Shown here in pieces: positions 23,993-37,400 of a DNA stretch of 64,000 nt. This stretch comes from Okamejei kenojei (taxonomy: Eukaryota). The notes below the pieces were generated by a model, which saw only the letters and a program-made list of their open reading frames with translations, did no database searches and was not told where the DNA came from. A program made the translations under genes and the position numbers. The stretch's first letter is position 1, and each line of letters opens with the position of its first letter. The stretch is taken from assembly GCA_035221665.1 (NCBI GenBank), contig CM069131.1:27342001-27406000 (forward strand). The letters are read 5' to 3'.

Positions 23993-25789
23993 GTGTTGGG
24001 TATTGTCTTATGCCCAAAAATAAAAAGCTCTTCAAATCATATAAGATTTGTTTTTAGAATGGAAGAAATGTGAATGAGAGAGAAGTTTTATTTGTACAAT
24101 GCAGGAGGTAAATAGTGAAGGTTGATGAGGGCTTTTGAGGCCACACCTTATGTAAGTTTGCGCACAACTTGGGTGAGGTAGATCTTGAGATGAAGTTGAT
24201 GCGCGTGCGTGTGTGTGCTTCAGGCCTGGATGAGGCAGTTTTTCCCCTCCTTTTATCCTTTTATCTCTCATGAGGTTGATCAATCTAATCCCACTCCACC
24301 ATTTACATAGGAATCCAAAAATAATAAATTAATGTCTGCCACCTTAAGCAATAGTGGTTGGTGATTTGTATAATAGTGGTCTGTACATGGTACTGGAACT
24401 TTTGTGGTAAATGGATATCGGCTGATTTTCACCTACATTGTGGTGTAATGAAGGCCTGGAACTGATCTGACTTAGAGTTGAGAACAAAATGAGAAGCTTG
24501 GGCTAAATTAAAATTCAAGGAGGTTTTGGCTATTAATTCATGGAATAGGTGAAATGTCTTTCATTGATCACATTATTAATTTGAAATATAATAGACTTGT
24601 TCTTTAAGTGGCCCATGCTAATAAGGAACTGAGATTTGTGTGGTCCCTGTGGTCGATGAACACTTTGAGAAATAAATTATTGTTTTTTTAATTTACCAAG
24701 CTGACACTCATGAACAGCATTCTAGTTGGGAATGTTAAAGGATCCTTTAGACTAAAATCAATGGAGTGCATTTTGTTGGCGTGATTATTATTTCTACTTT
24801 TTGATTATGTATGCTTCAATAACATGAAGCAATGATACCTTAGTTTTCTTACTCTTATGAGCCTGAAAATACGTACATAACACAGTCAGAAACAGGAGCA
24901 GAATTTCGATTGACCTCTTAAGTCTGATAATGTCTCACCAGAGGAAGAGAGCTGTGCAGCCAAATATTGACATGAGAAGTGCCAAGAGCCTTCAAGGCAG
25001 TTTTTGATCTTGCCGGAAATGTACCATGCAAACAAGGAGGATGTAAAATAGAGTTTCTATGAAAAATGGCGCCTTAAGTGGTTAGCTGTAAAAACAATTA
25101 GAAAGAAAGATTGATTTACACCACATTGTTCAGTGTTCTTCCCAACCCCTTCCTCATCTCATTCAGTCTAAACCATGCACTGTTTGCAGTTTAGATGTTC
25201 TCAATTTCAATTAATCTTTTGCAAGCTAATAATTACAATTCACTTTGTATAATTGATTTTCTTTACGGTTTCAAATTTAAGCACTAGATAACTATGGAAC
25301 TGTGATTTAAATAACTAATGGAAACTGGTCTGCAGAGTTAAGCTATTTTCAATGGTTCAAACTTAGTTTATTGGTCACATACACCAATTGGTGTAGTGAA
25401 ATGCTTCTTGCCAATGCAGCACAGATATTTGGTTATGATTAGGCAAATTAAAGACACCGTCTTTCTATATGTTGGATATGTGGTAAAATAATGATTGGAC
25501 ATTATATTAATAATTCAAAATGCATTTTTATGACTGGTCAAAGAAGTTTGACCAATGGTTTAAATTGCCCATAGCTAACTCAGATCTAATTTGTTTTGTC
25601 AAAAAAAAACAAAAAAAAAGAATTATTACTTGCATTCTTCGTTATTCTAATGAAAATCTTTGCTCATTAGAGGCTAAGCTGTTTGCTTGGGCTGCACCTG
25701 AGCCAGGCTGGGTCCAAGGACCTAACATAAAACATAGCGAAGGCTGTAAATAAAACATCTAAGCTAAGCTAATGGATTTACAAAGGGGA

Positions 25790-27425
25790 AATCATATTTG
25801 AAAGTAAACACTATGTCAATCAACCTCTTCAACAAGCTAAGAACTAACGAGCCACAAGGACAAATCCACTCTACATGCATTCGGAGGGGAGGTTCTGGTG
25901 CCTCTGGGCAAAACCAACTTGCTGAAAAAAACCACGAGGAATTTGACCTTCTATGTCTTGAACTTTAATTCAGTTATTCAGCTTGGCAACCGGGCCTGTC
26001 AGGAACTGGGGCTGATCTCCTTTGACAAAACGGTCCACAAGCTGCAAATTTCCCTGGACCCGCTGAGTGAATTCCCTGATCTTTTCGACAATAACCTGGG
26101 CAGGTTGCCCGTGACTTACAAGATTGTTATTGACCCCGAAGTGACACCCGTCATCCGACCTCCACAACGATTGTCATTTGCCATGACTGACAGGGTTCAC
26201 TCTGTGCTGAAGGACATGGCCTCCACAGGCATAATTGAAGCAGTCAGCGACCCCACCGACTGGGTCCCAACCATGATTGCCACAGTCAAGAACGGAAAAA
26301 ATGAAATCCGTTTGTGCATTAACTGGAAAGAACTGAATACTGCCATTAAGCGCCCACACCATCCCATGAAGACTGTCGAGGATGTTGGGGCAAAGGTCGG
26401 AACGGCCACTTTATTTTCTCTCCTTGATGCAAAGGACTCTTTCTGACAGATACCGCTGGACAAGGAGTCATCAAACCTCACCACATTTGCCACCCCATTC
26501 GGCAATACAAGTTTCTGACAATGCCATTCGGAATCATCTCTGCCAGTGAAGTCTTCCAAAGAACTATGGAGCTATTATTCGAGGACCTACCTTGTGCTAT
26601 CATTGTCGACGATATCCTAGTGTATGGCAAAGATGCAACGGAGCACGACCACAATCTCAGGCTCATCTTGGATCGTGCACGCAAGATCAACCTCAAGCTC
26701 AATCCTGACAAGTGCAAGTTCCGGGTTCCAGAGGTTTCCTACGTCGGCCACGTCCTAATGGTCTCAAACCCGATCCGAAGAAGGCTACTGCCATCACAGA
26801 AATGCCTGCCCCCACAGACATGAAAGGACTGCAGCGTTTTCTGGGCATGGTAAACTATCTCGGCAAGTTCATACCGAATCTCAGCGAACTAAGCTCCACA
26901 CTGTGGGAGCGGACAAAAAAGGACACAGCATGGTCATGGCTCCAGTAATATCAGATTGCTTTCAATGTCTTAAAGTCCAAACTGACCAGTACACCGACCC
27001 TAATTTTTTTGACCTGAAACGTCCGGTAATGATCACCTGCGATGCTTCGAAATTTGGGCTCGGCGCAGCCTGCTTGCAACCATCTTCCGAGGGCACCCTA
27101 CTACCTGTCTCGTATGCCTCTCGCACCATGACCGACACGGAGCAGCACTACGCGCAAATCGAAAATGAACTGTTGGCTGTTGTTTTTGCTTGCTCCAAAT
27201 TCCATGACTTCACCTTTGGCAACACCTTCACGGTCGAGACGGACCACCAACCACTGGTGACAATCCTGAACAAGCCCATCCACGCCGCGCCAGCTCGTTT
27301 GCAGCATATGATGATGCAGCTGCAGTGGTACGATTTCTCTATGACCTACACTAAGGGTAAGGGCATGCACGTTGCTGACACTCTCTCCCGCGCACCTCGG
27401 GCATCTTGCGAACAACATCAATTTG
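25790..27425 (+). mobile_element. Ty3/Gypsy pol fragment (protease end, RT, RNase H), disrupted; no gag, integrase or flanking LTRs seen
   Basis: LDAKDSF*QIPL, MPFGIISASEVFQ, IIVDDILVYG, LQRFLGMVNYL, CDASKFGLGA, YAQIENELLAVVF, ETDHQPL and ADTLSRA motifs in ORFs 25898, 26521, 26712 and 26903; GC-richer than the flanks. Confidence 0.93.
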
Positions 27426-27839
27426 CAGGATGCCAAGAGTGGGAATAAAGGAGTCGATGGATATTGTAAATATTTCTTGGTTATTTTTTAATAACCAAGG
27501 GAGAGATTCTTGAATAGTATGGGTGTCGGGGTTTATGGGGGGAAAGGCAGGAGTATAGGGTTAAGAGGAAATGATAGATCAGCCATGATTGAATGGCGGA
27601 GCAGAATGGCCTAATTCTGCCCCTATCACTTATGAACACGAACTCGAGCAGCATTCCACCTTTTTAGCTGCGATATGAAGTACGAATTCAAGTGTTTTGT
27701 AACTCTGTTCTGAAGATTTTTCATTTAAAAAATACTTGCAATTTTAAAGTTTTTACTCACCTGAGGTAGATCTTGTAATTACCGGACTAATTGGCTAGTA
27801 TGCAATAGCCGATCTACAGATCTGTAAATAGTAAAATTT

Positions 27840-28080
27840 CAGTTTAGTTTATGCCGACCAGCAATCATCCGTACACCAGTTCTACTCTACACACAAGGTA
27901 CAATTTACACAAGCCAATTAACCTACAAACCTGCGCATCTTTGGAATGTTGTGGGAAATAAGAGAAAACCCATCTGGTCACAGGGAGAATGTACAAACGC
28001 TGTACAGACTGCACCCATAATCAGGATCAAACATGCGTCTCTGGCGGTGTAAGGCAGCAACTCTACCTTTGTTGCACTGT
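27840..28080 (-). mobile_element. HE1/V-SINE (decayed)
   Basis: Reverse complement of the 8219-8529 consensus (aagccaattaacctacaaacc...ggcagcaactctacc). Further decayed copies at ~33128-33270 and ~39160-39330. Confidence 0.75.
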
Positions 28081-28286
28081 GCATAGCTATTCACGTTAAT
28101 CCCCTTTAGCATGTATCTGTATACAGTGGATGGCTGACTAGTTACCATGTAACAAAAGCTTTTCACTGTACCTCAGTACACGTGACAATAACCTAAACTA
28201 GCTAGAAAATCGACTAGTTAACTGTGCGACTTGTCTGTGATTATGCTGCTGGCCTTGCCAAGGCAGCGTAAGGTGTCAATAGAAGG

Positions 28287-28378
28287 GAGACACAAAAAGC
28301 TGGAGTAACTCAGTGGGACAGGCAGCATCTCTGGAGAGAAGGAATGGGTGACGTTTTGGGTCGAGACCCTTCTTCAGA
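28287..28378 (-). repeat. Penelope pLTR-derived repeat (core 28350-28377)
   Basis: Same consensus as 456-550. Confidence 0.78.
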
Positions 28379-28466
28379 TAGGAGGTTGGTTTGTGTGATG
28401 GTCCGGGCTGTGTCCACAATTTGTTACAATTTCTTACAGTCTTGGATGGAGCTGTTCCCAAACCAA

Positions 28467-28830
28467 GTCAATTTGTAGGATTTTACAGAGCCAGCACTGG
28501 TGAATTTTTCCCAGTGACTTCAGATGCCTGCAACTGAGAGTAACTAGGGCCTCTTCTAGTAACCAGAAAGTGGTATCTGGTCTCAGAAATCTATAGGAAG
28601 GCAGAGTCATTGTTATCTGATAAACCATGAGTTTTATGCCAGGTAAATTGACCACAGCTTGTGCTAGTGCTCTGAAGGTGGTGGTGAATTTCATCATCAA
28701 TCTTGCCTTTGCCAAGATGCACTCCCAAGATTAGGATCTTATCATGAACCTTTGTTGTTGGAGCAAGGTGGTTAGGTTGAGAGAGGGCCTTGGTTTTAAA
28801 GATGCAGTGTGTGCCCACCCTCTCTTATAC
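28467..28830 (-). mobile_element. RTE-clade LINE fragment
   Basis: KIDDEIHH, KLMVYQ and RHLKSLGKIHQCWLCKILQI resemble post-RT motifs of RTE elements. Confidence 0.65.
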
Positions 28831-29154
28831 AATTCAATTACTAAGGGATGTGTGTGAACTTTTTTTCTGAAGTGTAGTTGCTGCCAACAGTTTCACATTG
28901 GCTCTAAATGTTAATTTCACTCTTGCAGAAAGTTTGTTCGAGGTAAGGTTCAGCACTATTTGAGAAAGATTGAGTAAAGTGCCGTGGCAATGATTCAGCC
29001 CTGTTTGATGCAAGTCTTCACTGAGATCACATCTGTTGTGAACTCAATGGTTAGTAATATGGCTTGAGGGTGTTTGTCACATGTACCGGAAACAGAACAA
29101 TTAAATTATTGCTGCACCTACTACTATTGTTATTAATTAATTTTATTATTTCGT

Positions 29155-29386
29155 TGTAGCGGCACCTAGTGATGGTTTGGGGAGGTCAGAACCCTCATTA
29201 TTGGTCAGCTCGGTCACGTGACCGCGGGGTTTTGTTCGTGGGCTTTTTAGTCAGTTCGTCAGCGCTCCTCCCAGCAACAGGAGCTGTTTTGTGTTAGATA
29301 GTTAGGCACGTGTATTGCACGAGGTTTTGGTTCGTTTTTATTTGTTAATAAAAATTACTTCACTCAACCTGCCTGGTCATGCTACA
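29155..29386 (+). mobile_element. Solo-LTR candidate (232 bp)
   Basis: Terminal inverted repeat TGTAGC...GCTACA, AATAAA at 29347, CpG-rich 5' part. No clean TSD. Confidence 0.6.
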
Positions 29387-29532
29387 GAGTATTATATTGT
29401 GCCTGTGAACACAAGAGCACAATATAATACAAATAACAAAATTAATGAATAACAATAGTATTAGGTAATAATAGAGCAAAGCAGATGTCTGTAGTGCAAC
29501 CAAAGACACAGTCCAGAGAAGATCATAATCGC

Positions 29533-29659
29533 AAAAGCTGGAGTAACTCAGCGGGACAGGCAGCATCTCTGGAAAGAAGGAATGGGTGATGTTTCGGGAA
29601 ACGTCACCCATTTCTTTCTCCAGAGATACTGCCTGTCCCGCTGAGTTACTCCAGCTTTT
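29533..29659. repeat. Fold-back (head-to-head) pair of Penelope pLTR fragments
   Basis: Arms of ~63 bp (29533-29595 and 29598-29659) with a 2-nt spacer; the junction is at the hammerhead GAAAC. Confidence 0.85.
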
Positions 29660-30805
29660 TGTGTCTATCTTTGGTTTAAACCAGCATCTGCAGTTCCTTC
29701 CTACACAGACGATAGTTAGTGTTGTGTAGTGTAGTGTTCAAGAACATGATGGTTGCTGGGAAAAAGTTGTTCTTGAACCTGGTGGTCACGGTTCTCAGGC
29801 TCCCGTACCACCTTCCCGATCGCAGTAGTGAAATGAGAGGGTGCCCAGGTTGGTGTGGGTCTTTGATATTAGCTGCCTATAGATCTTTTTTTTTGTGAGG
29901 AGGTTGTACCTGTGATGGATTGGGCAATGTCTACCATCCTCTGGAGAGTCATGGAGTCCTATGGGGCCCTTCAGGGCCCTTCAGCCCAATTCATCCATCC
30001 ATTACTACCAAGATACCTCATAAGCTTGTCTCACTTGCCTGCATTTGGCCCATATCCCTCTAACCCTTTTTCTATCCATGAGACTCCTCTCGTGCCCTTT
30101 TTCCTGAGCACTTGAGAAGTAAGATGGAAACAACTTTTCTGTGCATCCAAATTTGAAGTGTGCTGCACAGTTCCTCACAATTGGATTTGAAGGCTGTTAT
30201 GAACATTAACAAATTAATCCAACAAATATGAATAAATAAACGTCTTAACACAGCACTTGATAAAATTAAGCTCAATAAAATATAAATTAACTCAATTAAA
30301 AGAATATAAGAATACATTTGTTTTTAATTTCTTGCAGTCCTCCATTACAATTAATACAGGAATATACTCAGACCTGGTTGTTTAAGTGGATTTGTGACCA
30401 CATGATAAGGAAATTGCACATCATATTCCACTGCTGAGATTGTAGTTATGAATACCTGAAGGAAGACCAGGACTTTAGTGTGCATGCTTGCTTGGCGGAG
30501 AAGCCCAGAGCACCAGCATTTTCCAGCCAATTCAACCCCCTTGCACTTTCCATTGCTTCATGATGTACAAAGTATTTCATGACAATTGTTTGATATTCGG
30601 TGAAATATGGCAGCCAATTTGAAAACAGCAGGGTGCAACAATAAAATGTGGCCACATGTTAGTGATCTGCCTGATAAAATGTTGCCTTGTGGATTCCCCT
30701 TCCCTTTTTGAATAATGTGATAGGATCTTCTGAATCCATGTAAAACTTCACATGGGCCTTAGATTAAAATCGCATTCAAAACAGAACCCATATCAGTATA
30801 ACACT

Positions 30806-30860
30806 AATGGGCCTGTTCCACTTAAGCAATTTTTTTAGGCGTCTGCAGGAGTCTATAGAT
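30806..30860 (+). mobile_element. Harbinger-type terminal fragment
   Basis: taatgggcctgttccacttaagcaatttttt resembles the terminus at 33837 and the MITE TIR. Confidence 0.45.
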
Positions 30861-31624
30861 CACTATATTAGATCACTTATAAGGGAAGCAAATAACTAGA
30901 GCAGGTACTTGATTACATTTTGAAATCCATTCTCCACTTCGCTGAGATGATGCATTTGAGTGAATTGATGATTGTTGCCATGATCTGTTGGTTCAGCCTT
31001 CCCATTTCTTCCTCTCTGCTGGAAAATCATTGAAGCATCTCGGCTCCCATAAACTGCAGTACTTTCAGCCTTTATTTTTGTTCTTGGACGCAGGAGTGTG
31101 AGGTCCCAGGGTTTAAAAAAAAAACAATTGACATTGGGTTGTAAAGCTTATGTTAATGGTAGCTAGCCCAACTTAATTTCATCTGTTAAACATTAAAATG
31201 TAAGCCTACGGTGGGAAATGTTGCATTTTGTTTCTCCAAAACTGGCTGTTATAAACTGAAGGTATTTCTGGTGTGGCTCCAAGGATTGTCAATGTTTAAA
31301 ATTAGGCAGAATTAATCTTCCAGGCACTAAGTTACAAGTGAGCTCAAGATATTTGTGCACAATTTCTTTGCTTGAAATCTCATGAAATGTTATAATTTTA
31401 AATCATTTTGGAAGATTTGTAAGTCTCTAAATTTCTGTAATATTCACTTGCTCCCAAAGATAAAAGTAAAAGTAACTGCCTGGAGTCATCCGTGGCAAGG
31501 AATTCTTTATATGTTGGAAGTTAATAATTTCAGCCCCTATTTAATGCTCCTGTACATCCTGCCTGACCATAGAGGGATAAGAGCGCCACAAATTCTTGCT
31601 GCAGTTAGTATTTAACATGTTGCA

Positions 31625-31760
31625 ATTAATGAGGTCTTGCTCTGTGCAAACTGGCAGCTGCATTTCTCCTGTTGCTTCAGTTGCTACACTGAAAACAATT
31701 TATTGGCTGTAAAGTACTGCATAATGTCTTGTGTTTGAAAATCACATCTTCAAAATGCTT
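31625..31760 (+). mobile_element. DeuSINE (SacSINE1/AmnSINE1-like) Deu-domain 3' remnant
   Basis: gtcttgctctgtgcaaactggcagctgc...gctacact...attggctgtaaagtac resembles the Deu consensus as recalled; a similar remnant lies at ~36860-37070. Confidence 0.55.
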
Positions 31761-33836
31761 GTTCAGGAATCAAAGTATCATACTCGGAATATTGCACCAT
31801 GAGAATTGTAAGTTGGTAATTTGAAAGAAATTGGAGTAAACTGGAGTGTTTTTAGGGCTGTCGTGGTCATAGACTTAAAAGAGAAAGTGGCATTGAAGAG
31901 TGGGCGGAAACCTCGTAACCCTGATGTTAATGGATGAAACAGTGTTTTCTGCTTTATACATTAAAAAGATTGTCCATCCACTGCCATTTTAGTACAAAGG
32001 AAACAACTTAGTTAAGATCCTACATGCTCAACTCTATTTTTACAAAATCTAATCACCCCGTTCTCGCATACAGTTGGCTGTAAATATGCCTTTCCTACAT
32101 TTGGTAATTTAACAGGTATGAGTTTTTCTTGGTGGTTTGATTATTAGCAAATGATTTAATTTGAAATTATTCTTTGGATGTTACAAGGAGAAATGCAGTT
32201 TTGATTATCTATTTGTTATTTAAAAATTAAAATCTCCTTGCATTGGTAACTTTAAAAAAAATATGTCTGCAGTGGAGAAAAATAAGTTTGTTTTGAACAC
32301 CATCATCAAATCTCAGGATTCAGAAAAGGTTAATGAACTACTTGAGCCTTGTCCTTGCACCTTGCACAGGACAACGTCCCATCTACACTAGTTCCACCTG
32401 CATGCATTTTGCCCATGTCCCTCTGGACCTTTCCTATCCATGGATAGATGAGTAGTAATGTTCAACAGCATCAGTAAAACAGGCTGACTTGCTATTCTTG
32501 CATTGTTTCCTGAACACACTCAAAGTTCCTAAATGAAAAAGAAAAAATACAAACACATTCTTTTATGCCTTAAGTCCTTTTGCATGTCCAGACACCAGGC
32601 ACTATTTATACATTAGTTTATTCAGAGTTTTTAGACTATAGCCTCTGTAAAGAAACCCTTTTTTAAAAAAAGATACCCAATGCAAACTTATTATGAGATT
32701 TAAGTATTGCATCATTGAAAGCTTGTTTTGTTCAGCGTGCCCTTTTTTTGTACTCTTCACCACATACCCTGCTCCCCTAATTTATCTCAAGCATACAACT
32801 ATTTTAGTTATTTATTGACGCATCAAGTAAAGGTGAAGTAATGTATTTAAGCTTGGATGTTACAGGTCCTGTATCTGCATGTTAAATGTCTTGGAAGAAT
32901 TCAGCGGGTCAGGACCCTTCTTCATAATGAGTGGAGTAGGGGAATTATTGCATTCATTGTTCCCCACATGGCCTCCTTTACATTAGCAAGACTAGACAAC
33001 TGGTTCGCTGAACACTTCTAGGCTTGTTTGAGCTCCCCCTGGTTGCTAACCAGTTTAACACTGCTTCCTATTACCATACTGACCTTTCCGTTCTTTGCCT
33101 CCATTCCAAAGTGAGGCCACATTCTACTTTAGACTTTAGTGATACAACGTGGAAACAGGCCCTTTGGCCCACTGAGTCCATGCGGACCATCGATCACCCC
33201 ACCAGCACTATCCTGCACACCAGCGAAAATTTACAATCTTTACTGAATCCAATTAACTTGCAAGTCCTTTGGAAAGTTGTTCCATGTGTTTTTCCATGCA
33301 AGTGAAATAGTATTGATTGTGGTTTGAAGGAAAACAAAAAAAAGCAGGAGACCTTACATCAAGTGAAGTTAAGCTGTTTTATGTTGTTCCAGAACTAAAG
33401 TACTGGATAAGGTTATTAGCCCAGTGCCTGAGTATTATAGAACAGTACAACATAAAAACAGGCCTATCGGCCCACAATGTCTGCTGACCATGATGCCAAG
33501 CCATGCACATAATCCATTCCCTATGTTCATTGTTCCTTGCAGAAAGGGAGGGAAATGTTTAACTTTTTACTGTGCATTAAAACTTTGCTTGTTCCTTTAC
33601 TTCCCCACTGTTTGGGTGGAATTAATGAGTAAGGCATCAGTGCCACGAATGAAAAATACTTCCACCTTTCCGATCTCCTCTATGCATTTTCAGTTTAGAA
33701 CAGCATAAACAAAACAAATTTTCCGTCCAACATATTGGCTAAGGTCCAGGTTTAGTTGATGGACACGATTGTGCTTAATCCAACCTACTGCAAACACTTG
33801 ATTGAAAGTAAATAAATAACCTTTTTTAGAACCTTT

Positions 33837-34330
33837 AATGGCCTGTCCCACTTAGGCGATTTTTCAGCAGACTGCCAAGTCGCCGGCAGTCGCCTGAAGA
33901 ACCGGCGACTGTCAGAGTGGAACACACAAACACACACAGCCACACACATCGTCTGTCCCCGCGGCCGGGGTGAATCACCCTGGTGTGGGGGTTAGGGTCC
34001 GTTGGAGGTGCATCGCCGTCAGTGACTGTGGGACGCTCTCACAGGTGGAGACGGAGGAGAGAGAGAGAAGGGAGAGAGGGGGTGAGAAGGAGGGGGGGAA
34101 GAGAAGGAAAGGAGAGAGGAGGAAAGGAGGAGGAGGAGGAGAAAGAGGGGAGGGAGAAGGGGAGACTGGAGCGTGGGGTTCATTTTCCCACACAAGGTGA
34201 CTGGGCAATCTGAACCCAAGCACCAAGTTGAAAGCGGCCGAAGGTGTGGACAGCCCCCACTCTCCCACGGCCACCCTCCGCGGGCTGTGGGTCGGGTGAA
34301 GCGGAGGTTTGGGACAGTGTTCATGTCTTC
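33837..34330 (+). mobile_element. Harbinger-type non-autonomous fragment with a GA-rich low-complexity interior
   Basis: taatggcctgtcccacttaggcgattttt terminus, CpG-rich body, purine-rich tract at 34050-34165; no right TIR found. Confidence 0.5.
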
Positions 34331-34350
34331 ACAGTGATGTGAAGACCATG

Positions 34351-34486
34351 GCTGGAGTAACTCAGCGGGGCAGGCAGCATCTCTGGAGAACATATATAGA
34401 TGACCATTCGGATCAGGACCTGACTTGACACATTACGTATTCATGTTCTCCCGAGATGCTGCCTTGACCCACTGAGTTACTCCAGC
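34351..34486. repeat. Older fold-back pair of Penelope pLTR fragments
   Basis: gctggagtaactcagcggg...gcagcatctctggagaacat is inverted as atgttctcccgagatgctgcc...ctgagttactccagc. Similar pairs at ~59271-59405 and ~60975-61065. Confidence 0.75.
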
Positions 34487-37400
34487 ACTTTATTTGCCAC
34501 AGTTGTCTGGGGCTTTGATAATACAGCTGCTTGAGTATTGCTCACAGTTTCTGCCTTAACTGCCAATTACTACAATGCAAGAAAAACACATACCTGCACA
34601 TATCATGAAAATGATGTTGGGAAGAGCAAGAAGTGATCTAATTGAACCATACGCTAATCATTCTCATTTTTTAAAAGAATTGCCTTCCATCTTAGAAACA
34701 TAGGAAAATAGAAAATAGGTGCAGGCGGAGGCCATTTGGCCCTTCAAGCCAGCACCGCCATTCATTGTGATCATGGCTGATCATCCACAATCAGTAACCC
34801 ATGCCTGCCTTCTCCCCATATCCCTTGATCCCGCTAGCCCCTAGAGTTCTATCTAACTCACTTTTAAATTCATCCAGTGAATTAGCCTCTACTGCCTTCT
34901 GTGGTAGAGAATGCCACCGATTCACAACTCTCTGGAAATCTTATCTTATTTGGAAATCTCTCAGCACATCTCTACCATCAGAAACTCACCTTTGACCCTA
35001 CTAACCTTGAAATTGCCTCCCCATCTCCAATCACTCTGAGCATGTTGTCACCTCTCATATCTGACCCTTTTCATTAATACTATCTGAATTTAGTCCAACA
35101 ATAGTCAAAACATGCCCTTAACGTAGCCACAAATCGTATTGTAGCAATTTGTAAAAACAACATTTGTAATTTGAGGAAAATGACTGCAAAGTTAAATTAT
35201 TTTTTGATTAAACTTGTGTGGAGTACAAAGTGCTGGAGTAACTCAGCGGATCAGGCAGCATCTCTGGAGGACATGCATGGGTGTGTTTCAGGTCAGAACC
35301 CTTTTTCAGACTGATTGTAGTTTGGGGTGGGGGGGGGTTAATTGGAGAGGCTGATGCAAGCAATGTACCAAGCCTGTGTGTCAGTTTCTTATCCATTACA
35401 TTTATTAATGCAAGATTAAAACATCCATTTGGTTTTGTACTGCATTTGCTTCCATTCTGTTAATCCAGACAGACAAGTTTTGTACAAATAATATACTTAT
35501 TCAATTACTATAGGTACTATAAATAAGGGAGGATATTTGTAATCTAATACAATGTACATTGGTTCAGCCAAAGTGCATTTTAAATTGTTGAGTCAGGTTA
35601 CTGATGCCTACAGTTGATTGCCACTATGGATTGCGCTTCAAATGAAACTAAACACGTGATAACATGTGTATGCAGCAAAGAATCAAGCATATCATCGCAA
35701 AATATTATGCAAATTTTACATTCTTTTCGGTGACTTAATAATATTGCAGATCAGGAAAAATACAACATACTGTGATTCATTAACTGGATTTCAATTAACT
35801 ACTTCACATGCTGACATGGAGATGTTGGAAAGGCAAAGTTAAAATGCAGCACAGCAAGTAATTGAGAAGGCGGTTATCATAATGTCTGTGAGTGCAATAT
35901 GGTTGAAGTCCAAAGGTAACACTCCAGTTGTCAACAATTTAGTGAGCCATAGAAGGAAGGCCCTGTGTATTTTGTGTTCACGAGGAGCTTCACTTGCCTT
36001 AGACTATGCAGCAAAGGTTGACAACATGGATTACTGAGATGGAGAAAATTGAGAAAAATGCACTGATGCTTAAAGAATTAAAAAAGTCAACTCACTGAAG
36101 TGAATTTGAATATTTGACAAGTTGCAGACTATTTTCTTTGGCTTGCAAACTCTAGAACCAAGGAGGTTGCTTTCGTGTTCAGTATAGAGAAGGGGAAATG
36201 TCTTCACTTGGGGTTGAGACTCTTTGGAATTCAGTACTCCAGAAAGTTGTGGATACAATTGGGTAAAGTGGAGATTGGGGAGCTAAGAGCAATTCCAGTC
36301 AAGGACAAGGGATGGTGGAATGGTGCTACCATGGTTCCTTTTTCTTTTATTTAAATATTATCATACTAATCATACCTGTATAAGTGAAGCAAGATATTTT
36401 TCATTTGGCTCTTGTCTACACAAGCAAATAAAGATAATTGCATGACTGTGAAGAAGGCATCTTAGTGGGGAGCAATTTTGTGCAATGTTCTCATTTGTAA
36501 TTGTTTTTCTTCGTGTTGAGAAACATTTCAAATTTCTGGATATTAGCCTGCATGAAGTTATAAAGTCTAGACATTGTCTCGGAAGAGCAGATGCTTAAGA
36601 AGCACTGTTTTTCTAACCCTGTCATTGTGATGGTGTAACAATTTTCATGCCAATTTTGTTCCATCAGTAATTGCGAGAAAAACACAAATCAGCACCTTGT
36701 TCAGGCCACTTGCTGGAAGATCAGAAGAAACCCCGTTTTAGCACATAAGCTAGGACAACCCATTAATAAAGTATCAAGGGAATGATGGACAATTGGAGAT
36801 ATTTTTTTGAAGGAAACTGAAAAGAATTCGTTAATCCCACAGAATGTCTCTAAGGGGAGCAGAAGATATTTTCCCATGTCTTGACCAATATTCAGCCTTG
36901 AACACCAACAGCGTTTCCGATATAGTTCCTTTCATGTCACAAGGGCAAAGATAATCTGGTAATTAATCACGATTATATTGACCGTGCTACACTTTAGAGG
37001 TTCTTAATTGCCTGCAAAGCACATAGCGATGTCCTGTATTTGTGAAAAGCAGTGTAAATGTACATTTGCTGAATCTCTGAGAAACGGTGGCTGCCCTCTA
37101 AATGACCAGATTAATTATTCCCTCATCACACCCACCACCTCCTAATGGACCAGAGAATATGAAATATTTTGGTCACCTACAAAAGTGAACAAATTCATCT
37201 TCGAAGACAAAATATTAAAGATTCTTGTGAGATTTGCAATATTAACAATTTTATCAAGAGTAAGTCGGGTTAATGCAAAAATGTCTTTGTAGCAGATCTC
37301 TGAAAACATTCCAATTTCACATTGTAGATGCTGACTGCTTTCAATCATTCTTTTAAAATTTGGGGAAAAAGTTGAGGCAGAACATGACAAGCAGGTATTT

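Noticed and set aside
26197-27436. Minus-strand ORFs of 65-120 aa
   Set aside because: Antisense shadows of the Gypsy pol reading frame.
33970-34393. Overlapping ORFs rich in E/R/G or P/S
   Set aside because: Artefacts of a GA-rich simple-sequence tract in a repeat.
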